A stretch of 64,000 nucleotides of DNA from an uncultured virus (IMG/VR IMGVR_UViG_3300046810_000373) (IMGVR_UViG_3300046810_000373), one strand, 5' to 3'; numbered from the stretch's first letter, positions 9,268 to 18,887 are shown. Numbers and translations: made by a program. Notes: a model not told the origin generated them from the sequence alone.

Positions 9268-9783
9268 ATGAAGGATGGCAACTGGCTCTCCCCGTTCATC
9301 CGAGAACTGACTCTCGAAATATTCAAGTCCGAGACCAGGCGTTTGGCCAAAAGGGAAATCAGCTTTGTCACTGAGAACGCCAGTCTCGGTGGCCCGGCTG
9401 ACGGGTTCTATTTTCGAGGACGCCTGTTTTCGGATCTGGCTCCGCATCTGCGAGCCAAAGGCCAGAAGGGAAATCTCCACACATCTTTGATTTCCGCCGT
9501 CCATGAGTATCTTCAAGACGAGAAAACCACCCTCTTCGATAAGGGCCGTGTTCAGCAGGCGCTCGTCGTCATCCTCAAAGATTGCAAGTCTGCGCAGGAT
9601 GTTTTCGACGCTGTCCCTAATACGCTGCACGAGGCGGTCAGGTCTCTCCTCCCCGAAACACGGGACCTGACCCGCACTCGCGAGGAAGCCTGGACCGTCC
9701 TTGATAATCCTCGCGCTTATCAGCAATATCTAAAATTGCGCGAGAAAATTGAATTCTACAATATCGCAAAGCTGCTTTATTAG
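9268..9783 (+). CDS. Conserved hypothetical protein (N4 gp38 position)
   Basis: AAGGAG RBS; lies between helicase and DNA polymerase. Confidence 0.7.
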   Translation: MKDGNWLSPFIRELTLEIFKSETRRLAKREISFVTENASLGGPADGFYFRGRLFSDLAPHLRAKGQKGNLHTSLISAVHEYLQDEKTTLFDKGRVQQALVVILKDCKSAQDVFDAVPNTLHEAVRSLLPETRDLTRTREEAWTVLDNPRAYQQYLKLREKIEFYNIAKLLY

Positions 9784-9832
9784 ATAATCGAGCAGCTTTT
9801 CCGGCCGCTTTTGATGCCTATGAGAAAGCCCG

Positions 9833-12502
9833 ATGAAGTACCTCACTTTCGGTTCGCAAGAGAGCACATCCTACCGGATCTGCATTCTGGTCAACGACAT
9901 CCGAAGGGATGAGATCAAGCGTACCTATATCGATCCTTACGGGCTCGACCCCGAGGAGATTATCGTGATCTCCCTTCACCAGGCACCCGGCAAAAAGAAG
10001 ACGCCGGCTGCCGAGATGAAAGCCTATGTCGCCGACGAGCTCAGCTCGGTCTTGGCGGAGCTCAAGGTCGAGTTCTTGCTCGTTGCCGACGGCGACTATT
10101 TCAAGACCTTCACGGGAGCCAGCAAGGTCGATGCCATGCTCGGCTACATGCTGCCCTCCAAGCTCACAGACCAGTATGTCGCCTATGTGCCGAACTTCCG
10201 GACTGTCTTCTATGACCCGATCAAGGTGACCGAGAAGGTCGCTCTCGGTGTCAATGCACTCAAGAGCTGGATGGCAGGAACCTATCAGGACCCTGGTGCC
10301 AAGATTATCGAGTTCGCTGAGTACCCGGCTAGGGTGGAAGATGTCGAATCCTGGCTCATTGCCCTACATAAGTGCCCTGCCCTCTCCTGTGATATCGAAG
10401 GATTTGGGCTGAAGCATTACGACGCCGGCATCGGCACGATCACGTTCTGCTGGAACAAGACATCCGGCATCGCTTTCCCGATCGATATCCACGGCGATCA
10501 TGTCTACGCCATGCGGGTTCGCAAGCTGCTGAAGCAGTTCTTCGAGGCCTATCAGGGCACGTTGATCTGGCACAGCATTTCCTATGACGTGTACGTCCTG
10601 GTTTACCAGCTCTTCATGGATCACCTCCTCGACAACGAGGGCATGCTCCGCGGGCTCGAGATTCTCCTCCCCAAGGGCCGCTGGCACTGCACCAAGCTGA
10701 TCTCCTATCTCGCGACCAACTCCTGCGCCGGGAACAGGCTCTCCCTCAAGATCCAGGCCCAGGAATACGCCGGCGACTATGCCCAGGAGGAGATCAAGGA
10801 TATCCGCAAGATCCCCCTCCCCGCTCTGCTCCAGTACAATCTCGTCGACGGTCTCTCGACCTGGTTCGTGTTCGAGAAGCACTGGGGGACACTCGTTGCT
10901 GATCAACAGCTCGAGATCTACGAGACGATCTTCCAGCCGGCCACTGTCGACATCGTTCAGATGCAGCTTACCGGCATGCCGGTCGATATGGCCCAGGTCC
11001 TCGAGGTCGAGCAGATCCTGACCATCATCCTGGATGACGCCGTCAAGCAGATGCAGGGCAATCCAAAGCTCGGCGCCTACGTGCACCACCTCAAGGAGGA
11101 ACACGTTCGCAAGCGCAATGAGAAGCTCAAGACCAAGCAGATTTCCCTGGCAGACGATGAGGTCGCCAAGGTCGCTTTCAATCCGCGTTCTCCGGACCAG
11201 CTCCAGGAGCTCCTATTTGAGCACCTGGCTCTCCCGATCCTGGGGTACACCGATTCCAAGCAGCCCTCGACCAAGGGCGAGTTCTTGAAGTCGCTCCAGA
11301 AACACACGCAGGATCCTGACGTCATTGCCCTGCTCGAAGCTCTTGTGGGCTTCAAGGCGGTCGACAAGATCCTCGGGACCTTCATCGAGGCCCTGAAGAA
11401 CTCCCAGCTCGGCAACGATGGCTGGTATTATCTCTTCGGGAACTTCAATCTCGGTGGCACCGTCTCCGGCCGGCTCTCGAGCTCGGGCCCGAATCTCCAG
11501 AACCTGCCAGCCAATGTTGCCATGCTGATCTCCGCGGCGATCGCAGCCCTTCTGGGTGAGCGCATCGCCAAGTTCGTCAGCAAGGGCAAGCTCCATTTGG
11601 GCAAGCTCATCAAGAGCTGCTTCAAGGCACCGCCTGGCTGGTTCTTCTGTGGCATCGATTTCGCGTCCCTCGAGGACCGGATCTCGGCCCTGACGACAAA
11701 AGACCCCAATAAGCTCAAGGTCTACACCGACGGCTATGATGGGCATTCCCTACGGGCCCACAGCTATTTCGGCGATCAGATGACCGGCATCGACCCTAAC
11801 CAGGTCGACTCGATCAACTCGATCGCCGATCTCTATCCGGTGTTCCGACAGGAGTCGAAAGTCCCAACCTTCCTGCTCACTTACGGCGGAACTCATATCG
11901 GGATCATGGCTCAGATGGCCTGGCCGAAAGCCAAGGCTCAGGACGTCGAAGCTCGTTATCACGAGCTCTATAAGGTGTCCGACCAATGGGTGGCCTCCAA
12001 GGTCAACCAGGCGTGTCGGGATGGCTATGTCACGGCCGCGTTCGGTTTGCGCGTTCGCACGCCCCTGCTCTCGCAGGTTGTTCGTGGAACCAGTAAGACA
12101 CCGTTCGAGGCCGAGGCTGAAGGCCGGACCGCCGGCAATGCTCTCGGGCAATCCTGGTGCCTGCTCAATAGCCGAGCTGGCTCCGAGACGATGGGCAAGG
12201 TCAGGTCGAGCCAATATCGACATGACATTAAGCCCTGCGCTCAGATCCACGATGCTCAGTATTTCCTGGTTCGCGACGATATCGAGGCGGTGCGCTTCGC
12301 CAATGAGAACGTCGTCGCAGCCTGCCAGTGGCAGGACCATCCAGACATCTGGCACGAGGAAGTCAAGCTCGGGGGGGAATTCTCGATCTTCTACCCGACC
12401 TGGGCTGACGAGGTCGGCATTCCCAACAACGCGACGGTGGCTGAGACCTATGCCGCCTTCGAGAAACACATCCTCAAGCTGGAGACGAAGAAGGCGGCCT
12501 GA
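9833..12502 (+). CDS. Family A DNA polymerase (N4 gp39-like)
   Basis: Exo motif CDIE; TVSGRLSSSGPNLQN; motif A DFASLEDR; motif B RQESKVPTFLLTYG; motif C QIHDA. Confidence 0.96.
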   Translation: MKYLTFGSQESTSYRICILVNDIRRDEIKRTYIDPYGLDPEEIIVISLHQAPGKKKTPAAEMKAYVADELSSVLAELKVEFLLVADGDYFKTFTGASKVDAMLGYMLPSKLTDQYVAYVPNFRTVFYDPIKVTEKVALGVNALKSWMAGTYQDPGAKIIEFAEYPARVEDVESWLIALHKCPALSCDIEGFGLKHYDAGIGTITFCWNKTSGIAFPIDIHGDHVYAMRVRKLLKQFFEAYQGTLIWHSISYDVYVLVYQLFMDHLLDNEGMLRGLEILLPKGRWHCTKLISYLATNSCAGNRLSLKIQAQEYAGDYAQEEIKDIRKIPLPALLQYNLVDGLSTWFVFEKHWGTLVADQQLEIYETIFQPATVDIVQMQLTGMPVDMAQVLEVEQILTIILDDAVKQMQGNPKLGAYVHHLKEEHVRKRNEKLKTKQISLADDEVAKVAFNPRSPDQLQELLFEHLALPILGYTDSKQPSTKGEFLKSLQKHTQDPDVIALLEALVGFKAVDKILGTFIEALKNSQLGNDGWYYLFGNFNLGGTVSGRLSSSGPNLQNLPANVAMLISAAIAALLGERIAKFVSKGKLHLGKLIKSCFKAPPGWFFCGIDFASLEDRISALTTKDPNKLKVYTDGYDGHSLRAHSYFGDQMTGIDPNQVDSINSIADLYPVFRQESKVPTFLLTYGGTHIGIMAQMAWPKAKAQDVEARYHELYKVSDQWVASKVNQACRDGYVTAAFGLRVRTPLLSQVVRGTSKTPFEAEAEGRTAGNALGQSWCLLNSRAGSETMGKVRSSQYRHDIKPCAQIHDAQYFLVRDDIEAVRFANENVVAACQWQDHPDIWHEEVKLGGEFSIFYPTWADEVGIPNNATVAETYAAFEKHILKLETKKAA

Positions 12503-12534
12503 TAGCCGCCTTCCCTCCCCTGTCGAGCATCCCT

Positions 12535-12798
12535 ATGGCGACCCGATTTGAAAAATATCAGAAGATGGTAGCTGACCATCTTCAGCAAGCCCACCGGCGC
12601 GAACAGAAAGCCGAATGGCAGCGTCAATGGCGGGCGAAGAACCCCAACAAGCATAAAGTTCAGGTCCGTAAGGACTGGCTCTGCCGCAAGCTGAGAGAAG
12701 CCGGGATCACTGATCCGAACCCCGATCCTGTTCAAGCTTTGCAACGAGCTTCTGGAAGCCCTCCCGATAGGCAATCCGCTCGGCCTCGCACCATTTGA
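12535..12798 (+). CDS. Hypothetical basic protein
   Basis: 87-aa ORF; 3' end overlaps the convergent ParA-partner gene. Confidence 0.35.
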   Translation: MATRFEKYQKMVADHLQQAHRREQKAEWQRQWRAKNPNKHKVQVRKDWLCRKLREAGITDPNPDPVQALQRASGSPPDRQSARPRTI

Positions 12799-13009
12799 TG
12801 AAGCGATCCATGTCATCCATGTGGAGCCGCATCGTGAAGTTGTGGAGCTGAAGCGCTGTTCCTCGCCGGCGCCTGGGAGGCTCCCGCATCGGCTGGCGCA
12901 GGGTGAAACCCTGCTCGTCTGAGATCTGCACAGCCCGGTGCTCGAGGTCCTGCGGAACGTCCCGCATGCCCTTCAGACCGCCAAAGAAGTCCGTGTTGGT
13001 CTCGCTCAT
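12707..13009 (-). CDS. Small ParA-partner DNA-binding protein (ParG/ribbon-helix-helix-like adaptor)
   Basis: ATGA-coupled to parA; flexible N-terminus with RRRR followed by a strand-helix-helix pattern (LHNFTMRL..DMDRFIKWCE..YREGFQKLV). Confidence 0.65.
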   Translation of the reverse strand: MSETNTDFFGGLKGMRDVPQDLEHRAVQISDEQGFTLRQPMREPPRRRRGTALQLHNFTMRLHMDDMDRFIKWCEAERIAYREGFQKLVAKLEQDRGSDQ

Positions 13010-13686
13010 GCCGCTGTCCTCTTCTGAGCCAGTGCCTTCAGGGTCTCGACCACCTCATCCGTCAAGCGCTCGGCATTATCGATCGCCTGGGGCAAGGTCC
13101 CGAACTGCTTCGGGTCAAGGTCATAGAGCGAGCAGTTGAGCTCAAAAAGACTACGAAATGGTTCACGCTGATTGACCTGGGTTGCCAGGAACGGCAGCCC
13201 GTTGGCCTGCATCTGCTGAACCATACGTCGTGTCGCTTTCGTCGGCACGCTGTCGCTTGTACGGGTCATAACGATCCTGAACGGGATCTGCCGGCGGATA
13301 ACCTGTTCTTCCTGCTGGATCAGCCCGACCATGCGAGCAGCATGCTTGGCATCCAGGGCGCCTGGTTGCATGGGAATCAGCACCAGGTCAGCTCGCAGTA
13401 TCGACCGGCTCATGATGGTCGTGGCTGCGCCGGCGAGGTCAATGATGACCAGATCATTGCTGCTGGCTTCTTTGTCCAGAACGGAAATAAAAGCCTCTTC
13501 CGAGACATTTCCGACCACATTGATCGTTTTCTGGCCCTTGCCGTACCAGCCAAGCAGATCTGCATTTTTATCGGTGTCGATGATCGTTACCTTGGCTCCG
13601 CGGTGCGCCAGGGTGGTTCCAATCAGGACCGATGATGTGCTTTTGCCGGCACCGCCTTTCGGTGTACCCAAAACTAAGACCGCCAT
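13006..13686 (-). CDS. parA: ParA family partition ATPase (short, type Ib-like)
   Basis: Deviant Walker A KGGAGKST, IIDTD, VIIDLAG, ADLVLIPMQP; GGAGG RBS before ATG 13686. Confidence 0.92.
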   Translation of the reverse strand: MAVLVLGTPKGGAGKSTSSVLIGTTLAHRGAKVTIIDTDKNADLLGWYGKGQKTINVVGNVSEEAFISVLDKEASSNDLVIIDLAGAATTIMSRSILRADLVLIPMQPGALDAKHAARMVGLIQQEEQVIRRQIPFRIVMTRTSDSVPTKATRRMVQQMQANGLPFLATQVNQREPFRSLFELNCSLYDLDPKQFGTLPQAIDNAERLTDEVVETLKALAQKRTAA

Positions 13687-13826
13687 GTCGAGATCCTCCA
13701 TTTGATGGAGGGGAGCATGCAGGTCGAATATGAAGCCCCGGTTAACAGTTGATGACCGGCATGTTCGCAAATGTTCTGCCTTTCATTTGAAAGACTGTGA
13801 CAGGCAGACACAGTAGGAGAGGGCGC

Positions 13827-14126
13827 ATGGAGCGCGGAGACGGCAAGTTTCCTGGCATATATCGAGCTGCCAGAGAGATCGCTTATGACAATGGTGGTAT
13901 CCATCGGGACCGCAGCGAGCAGCAACAGTTCGAGGAATACGAGATCTGGCTGGCCAAGCAGGAGCCCCTGAAGTTGGGCCTGATCGATAGCTGGCTGATG
14001 AGCCTCACCGACTTCCAGCTCAATGTGGTTTGCACCGACGGAGAAGGGGAGGGTGCTCTCATTCTCAAGACGGCGCCGACTGGAACCGACGAGCTGCTGA
14101 ACGACTATTTCGATGAGGTCTGCTGA
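13827..14126 (+). CDS. Hypothetical protein
   Basis: AGGAGAGG RBS; stop/start coupled to the next ORF. Confidence 0.6.
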   Translation: MERGDGKFPGIYRAAREIAYDNGGIHRDRSEQQQFEEYEIWLAKQEPLKLGLIDSWLMSLTDFQLNVVCTDGEGEGALILKTAPTGTDELLNDYFDEVC

Positions 14127-14815
14127 TGCCGCGTTTCAACCCCCGCCAGCGCTGGCACGAAGATGATGACCATGGCCTGGGCTGGCCGGTGCGCGGATCG
14201 ACCGTAGCAGGCGTCAGTCTCCCGGACTGGGTCGAACTGCATCAGCTTGTCTTCGAGGAGGTGACGCGCCTACCTGTCGACCCCAAGGACGCCGACGCGG
14301 CCGCCTATCGGACGCGGCTCGCTGGTTTCGCCGGAGCCATCGTCCGGGGCCTCGCACTGCTGCTGATCGGCCGTCAGGGCTGGATCGAGGAGCAGGGCCT
14401 CCGCATGCGGCGCGGCAGGGGTGGGGAGGTGACCGTCGTCTCCGAGCACTACGGCGACATGCGCAACTTCCTGACCAATGCCTCGCTCGGCTGGTTCGAG
14501 CGGCACCCCTGCGCCAACCGTGATCCGGAGAAGGGTCCGCTGACCGAGCGCACGGTGCCGACCCCATACATGGCGAAGATCAAGACAATCCTGGAGATGC
14601 TGGAGAAGTCCTCCGATCGGCGAGAGAACACCTGGGATTACCGTGATCGGAGCATCGCAGAGCTGCGAGCCAACTACGATCACAAGTTCACTCTTAGCCG
14701 GCGACGTGCCGCGATCCTCTCCGACATCAAGTTCCGGAAGAATTTTGATGAAATATTCGGCTCCTTGCGATCCGCGGCCGCTGCTCGGCGCGACGAATCA
14801 TTGACGAGCAAGTGA
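14126..14815 (+). CDS. Hypothetical protein
   Basis: 229-aa ORF with high-GC codon usage, TGATG coupling. Confidence 0.65.
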   Translation: MPRFNPRQRWHEDDDHGLGWPVRGSTVAGVSLPDWVELHQLVFEEVTRLPVDPKDADAAAYRTRLAGFAGAIVRGLALLLIGRQGWIEEQGLRMRRGRGGEVTVVSEHYGDMRNFLTNASLGWFERHPCANRDPEKGPLTERTVPTPYMAKIKTILEMLEKSSDRRENTWDYRDRSIAELRANYDHKFTLSRRRAAILSDIKFRKNFDEIFGSLRSAAAARRDESLTSK

Positions 14816-14835
14816 CCTATCTGCGTCATGGTTCA

Positions 14836-14864
14836 TTGACCGCGACTCGGCACTAGCCGATTCT
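14836..14864 (+). promoter_or_regulatory. Sigma70-type promoter candidate upstream of the rep-like gene
   Basis: TTGACC-N17-GATTCT. Confidence 0.5.
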
Positions 14865-14904
14865 CTCGGTCGAGCAAATCAGGAACCTGCCGCGATGACG
14901 TAAT

Positions 14905-14990
14905 CTGAAAAGCAAAGAGCCCAGAGGTTGGCGCCTCTGAGCTCTTGGGCCCGAACCAAATCGGGAATGTCTGTGGTCTCGACAATCACG
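14905..14990 (-). ncRNA. Candidate counter-transcribed RNA in the rep leader
   Basis: Hairpin AAGAGC-C-CAGAGG-ttggcg-CCTCTG-A-GCTCTT (14915-14946) followed on the - strand by TGCTTTT; - strand TTGCGC-N17-AAATGT near 14991-15019. Confidence 0.45.
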
Positions 14991-15078
14991 ACATTTCCAC
15001 AGTTTGACGCGGAGCGCAAGCGTTCCGTGATCGGGCGGCTTTTGCCGTCAGCGGCCAACCCGAAGGGGTGGCTGAACG

Positions 15079-15765
15079 ATGATCTATGCCCTCACGCTGG
15101 AAGCGATCCAGCGGTCTCGGACAGGCCAATGCCTGGACGCGATCTCGCGCGCTCTTTGGAGCCAGGAGAACTCTCTCTCCGATGCCCAGGCTCAGAGCTT
15201 AGCCGAGGCCATACAGGCACGTCGAATCATTTTGCGAGAGCAGGGGACTCGAGCTCCGATCCCTGTCAAGCCGAAAGCTCCCAGAAACCGCACAGCCTCT
15301 CTTTTGCGCCGGCGCCAGCTCGCAGCTTCTGGACCGATGCCCCCATCAATGGCAGCCAGGTTCACCACGGCCGAGCTTGCTGCGTTGAAGATTGTCGCTG
15401 ATGAGATCCGAGCCAAAGGAATCTGCGGCTTGGTGCTCGACGCGATCGCAGCCAGGGCAGGGGTATCCAAGCGCTCAGTCCAGAACGCTTTGCGCGAAGC
15501 CGAAGCTCTCGGCTATCTCACCATACGCCGGCGCCGACTTCCTGGTCAGCTCAAAAATCTGCCCAATCTGGTCTCGATCATTGCGATCGAATGGCTCTCC
15601 TGGCTTAAGGTGGCAAAGCCTTCCACACCACGGGTAAAACCAAAAATACCCTCTCTAAGGAACCTAAGTCATGAATTGTTTCGAGATTTTCAAATCGATG
15701 AAGGCCGGTGTCGCCAGACCGTTTCGCATCATCGAGACCAACGAGACCTTCGATGGGCCCCGTAG
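15079..15765 (+). CDS. HTH protein, putative plasmid replication initiator
   Basis: RRRQLAASGPMPP..FTTAELAAL..IAARAGVSKRSVQNALREAEALGYLTI..NLPNLV..WLSWL, a winged-HTH Rep-like pattern recalled from alphaproteobacterial plasmids; next to parA. Confidence 0.65.
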   Translation: MIYALTLEAIQRSRTGQCLDAISRALWSQENSLSDAQAQSLAEAIQARRIILREQGTRAPIPVKPKAPRNRTASLLRRRQLAASGPMPPSMAARFTTAELAALKIVADEIRAKGICGLVLDAIAARAGVSKRSVQNALREAEALGYLTIRRRRLPGQLKNLPNLVSIIAIEWLSWLKVAKPSTPRVKPKIPSLRNLSHELFRDFQIDEGRCRQTVSHHRDQRDLRWAP

Positions 15766-16036
15766 CCGCATTCTGGATGGCACCTTCATGAGCTGGCGAG
15801 AAGCGGCAGACCACATTCGCACTGTCGATCCCACAATCCATGCCTCGCACGAGTTGACCATCTATTACGCCGACGGCAGCACAATCCTTCATCGTGAGGA
15901 GTTCTATGGCTCAGATATTGAAGCCCAGAGACAACTGACCACGATCTGGAATGACAAAACGCCAGCGAATGGTACTGGCTTCAAGGCCACTGCCCGCCGT
16001 TATGGCGATCCGAAACCTTTCAACACCATCGGGTGA
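15671..16036 (+). CDS. Hypothetical protein
   Basis: AAGGA upstream of the ATG; first of a tightly packed gene run. Confidence 0.55.
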   Translation: MNCFEIFKSMKAGVARPFRIIETNETFDGPRSRILDGTFMSWREAADHIRTVDPTIHASHELTIYYADGSTILHREEFYGSDIEAQRQLTTIWNDKTPANGTGFKATARRYGDPKPFNTIG

Positions 16037-16039
16037 ACC

Positions 16040-16375
16040 ATGGGCAAATTCGCCAACGGGCTGACCGAGTCAGCCAGTAATCTCACGCATATTCCGATCA
16101 AGCAGCCCTGGACCGGACAATCCGAGTTCGAGGCTCTCGGGCATGAGGTGCCTAATTTCCGCCGTGAGGCTGGAAACACGCATCTGAAGGAGATGGGCTT
16201 CACGAACGCCGATCAGCGCTTCACGATCGTGCAGACCATGGCCGGCCACATCGAGCGGGATAATCCTCATATGGCCCTGGAAGATGCTCTGAAACAGGGG
16301 GTTGATGCCGCTGGCTGCTATCGCCTGTTGAGCGTCATGCTTTGCACACCACGGCCCGCGGAAAAAACCTCATGA
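16040..16375 (+). CDS. Hypothetical protein
   Basis: Packed ORF, ATGA-coupled to DUF3768 gene. Confidence 0.6.
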   Translation: MGKFANGLTESASNLTHIPIKQPWTGQSEFEALGHEVPNFRREAGNTHLKEMGFTNADQRFTIVQTMAGHIERDNPHMALEDALKQGVDAAGCYRLLSVMLCTPRPAEKTS

Positions 16376-16710
16376 CCGAGGAAGAGAAAATCAAGCGGAT
16401 CCGCGAGCTCAACGATCAACTCCGGACCACAGGCCTCGGGAATGGTCGGGCTGTAGCCGTTGCCTCATTGGCTCAGGCAGATCCTGACCTGATCTCCAAA
16501 GTCGTCACCGCAATGCGGGAATTCACCGACTTCAACGAAGGCGATGATCCCTACGGAGAGCACGATTTTGGAGCCTTCACCGTCGACAATGAGCGCTTCA
16601 TATTCAAAATCGACTATTTCGCCCTCGACGAGCTGCATGGCAGCGAACATCCCGAGGACCCGACTGTGACAATTCGAGTTTGCACCCTGCTTTACGCATC
16701 GGATTACTAG
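16372..16710 (+). CDS. DUF3768 domain protein
   Basis: IRELNDQLR, DDPYGEHDFGAF, FKIDYF, TIRVCTLLYASDY. Confidence 0.88.
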   Translation: MTEEEKIKRIRELNDQLRTTGLGNGRAVAVASLAQADPDLISKVVTAMREFTDFNEGDDPYGEHDFGAFTVDNERFIFKIDYFALDELHGSEHPEDPTVTIRVCTLLYASDY

Positions 16711-16782
16711 CTATGGGCCTTAGAAAACATATGGCCGATATTATCGGCGACTCCTTTCAGAACCATGTGATGGAGGAAGTGC

Positions 16783-17136
16783 ATGATGTACGCTCTTTCC
16801 GCTTCACCAATGTCCACCTCAGGCGATCCATGGACATCGTCGCACCTGGGCACACAATTCAGCGGGCCTCGATGGAGCGCACTTCAGCCTATTCCTTCGG
16901 TCTCCTGGCTGACCCGACATCCGGAATACAACAACACCGAGCACGGCAAGGATCCCGGCGCCATTGGCTGGAGAGGCCACCACTTCACCACCATGTGTTT
17001 CGACAGTCGGGGTCGACGCTGCCGACAAGGTTCCGACTTTATGCGAGCCAGAGATGAGGGAACATTCCCCGTCATCTGGATCTGGCCGGACCAGATCTGG
17101 GAGCTGAAGCTCCGCCCTGAGTTCCGATTCGCATAA
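16783..17136 (+). CDS. Hypothetical phage protein
   Basis: GGAGG RBS; CFDSRGRRC..GSDFMRARDEGTFPV motif seen in small phage proteins. Confidence 0.6.
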   Translation: MMYALSASPMSTSGDPWTSSHLGTQFSGPRWSALQPIPSVSWLTRHPEYNNTEHGKDPGAIGWRGHHFTTMCFDSRGRRCRQGSDFMRARDEGTFPVIWIWPDQIWELKLRPEFRFA

Positions 17137-17448
17137 GGTATCTTATGGAACTAAGCCGCTGATATCATTAACCAATTATCGTTTTCATTATCTATGATTA
17201 ACGAAATTGTTTTCTGAGAAAACGGCTGACATTATCGTTTGATTTGCACTGCACAAAAGCCTGGCAAATCCAATCTCGGGTATTTTCAATACCCTTGAGA
17301 AAACGATCGCAACTCTTTTTGCCCTTGGCAAAACCCAAATCTCCTGTCTAAGTTCGATTAAGTCGAATATCGGATCGATAATGCCAAAACCCAGATTGTT
17401 TTCTGGGCTCGGCCTTCTTGTGCCCGCATTCCCCCGAAGGAAAGACCC

Positions 17449-17772
17449 GTGAAACCCAGCGTCTCCAAATCCCATTACTGGCTCGTCGCCGGCCAGGTGC
17501 ATTTCACCCTCAGCGAGGGCGCATCGTCGCGCAATCTGAACACCCTGGTTCAGACCAAGGAGCCCTACTTCTCTCGGGCTGAGCTGGGGAAAGCCCAGCA
17601 AATCCTGCAAGTTCGCCTCATGCGGGAGACTTTCCCCGAGAATGCGATCCCGGCAGACGTGAAGGTCACCGACGTCTTCATCCTCTCGGTCAGTGCCCTC
17701 GGCCTGATGTCCGATGAGGAATTCCAGAAGGGTTACGATGCCCTGGTGAAGGAAGCCAGCGCACCACACTGA
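17449..17772 (+). CDS. Conserved N4-like hypothetical protein upstream of gp42
   Basis: GTG start with AAGGA RBS, phage codon usage, followed by a terminator. Confidence 0.65.
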   Translation: MKPSVSKSHYWLVAGQVHFTLSEGASSRNLNTLVQTKEPYFSRAELGKAQQILQVRLMRETFPENAIPADVKVTDVFILSVSALGLMSDEEFQKGYDALVKEASAPH

Positions 17773-17819
17773 GCGCGAATATCCTTCATAACCCGTTTCG
17801 AATTATCTTCACAAAGCAA

Positions 17820-17853
17820 AAATAAGGGGGTAACGATAACCCCCTTATTTCTC
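17820..17853. terminator. Bidirectional intrinsic terminator
   Basis: AAATAAGGGGGT-aacgata-ACCCCCTTATTT. Confidence 0.8.
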
Positions 17854-17897
17854 TGCGCCCATTTTCATCATAATCCAGCGGATATGCCGGGGCTCCC

Positions 17898-18887
17898 GTG
17901 AAAATCACCAATCAATTCGATATCTCATTGCCGATGGCAGTCTGGCTGCTGACCGATGAGTACGACTACGTCAACGAGCCGAATTACATTTCGGCCACCT
18001 CTCTGCTGAAGCCGCTGAAGCAGCTCATCCTGTCCAAGCGGGTCGAGACCCAGGATCTCGCGGTTGATCTCTCGACGAAGATCGCATCACGGGTCGGCCA
18101 TGCCGTTCATGATTCGATCGAAAAGGCCTGGAAAATTGCCGGGCCCGAGCAGATGGCGAAACTGGGATATCCGAGCTCGGTCACTGAGCGCCTGATGGTC
18201 AATCCCAGTGATGAGGATCTCCGAGCCAGGAACGACATCATCCCGATCTGGTTCGAGCAGCGCAGCTTTCGATCCATCGAGATCAACGGCACCACCTATA
18301 AGATCGGCGGCAAGTTCGATCTGGTGCTGGACGGTCGGCTCTTCGACTTCAAGAGCACCTCGGTCTGGACCTATATCAAGCGCCAGAAGGATGAAGACTA
18401 TTCCAAGCAGGGCTCGATCTACCGCTGGCTGAACCAGAGCCTGATCACCTCGGATCACATCTTCATCCAGTTTCTCTTCACCGATTTCCAGCGCCGCGAA
18501 ACCAAGACCACGCCGGGGTATCCCCAGGCGAAGGTCATGGAACATCCAGTCGAGCTGCTCTCGGTCGCCGAAACGGAGCGCTTCATCGTCGAAAAGCTCA
18601 AGCTGATCGAGCGTTACAAGGACGCTCCGGAATCTGAAATTCCGGAATGTTCCGACAAGGATCTCTGGCGCTCGGATCCGGCGTTCAAATACTATTCCGA
18701 CCCCAACAAGACGGCGGGTCGGTCCACCCGCACATTCGACAACATGGTAGAAGCTCAGACTTTCATGAGAGAGAAGGCAGGCAAGGGCGTTATCAAGACC
18801 GTTCCCGGCGACGTGAAGGCTTGTGAATACTGCCCCGCTTTCTCCATCTGCCGCCAGAAGGATCAATATTTTGTTGGATCTATCTAA
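17898..18887 (+). CDS. PD-(D/E)XK Cas4-like nuclease (N4 gp42-like)
   Basis: ISATSLLK, GHAVH, FEQR, GKFD..DFKSTS, C-terminal CEYC..C. Confidence 0.85.
   Translation: MKITNQFDISLPMAVWLLTDEYDYVNEPNYISATSLLKPLKQLILSKRVETQDLAVDLSTKIASRVGHAVHDSIEKAWKIAGPEQMAKLGYPSSVTERLMVNPSDEDLRARNDIIPIWFEQRSFRSIEINGTTYKIGGKFDLVLDGRLFDFKSTSVWTYIKRQKDEDYSKQGSIYRWLNQSLITSDHIFIQFLFTDFQRRETKTTPGYPQAKVMEHPVELLSVAETERFIVEKLKLIERYKDAPESEIPECSDKDLWRSDPAFKYYSDPNKTAGRSTRTFDNMVEAQTFMREKAGKGVIKTVPGDVKACEYCPAFSICRQKDQYFVGSI

Noticed and set aside
9833..12502. Intein or intron in DNA polymerase (insert after NLQNLP)
   Set aside because: Insert is only about 25 aa and has no splicing motifs
17188..17769. 193-aa - strand ORF
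   Set aside because: Mostly antisense to the supported 17449-17772 gene, and no convincing start for the remaining part
17898..18887. Cas4-like nuclease as evidence of CRISPR
   Set aside because: Core N4-like replication gene; no repeat-spacer array or other cas genes seen
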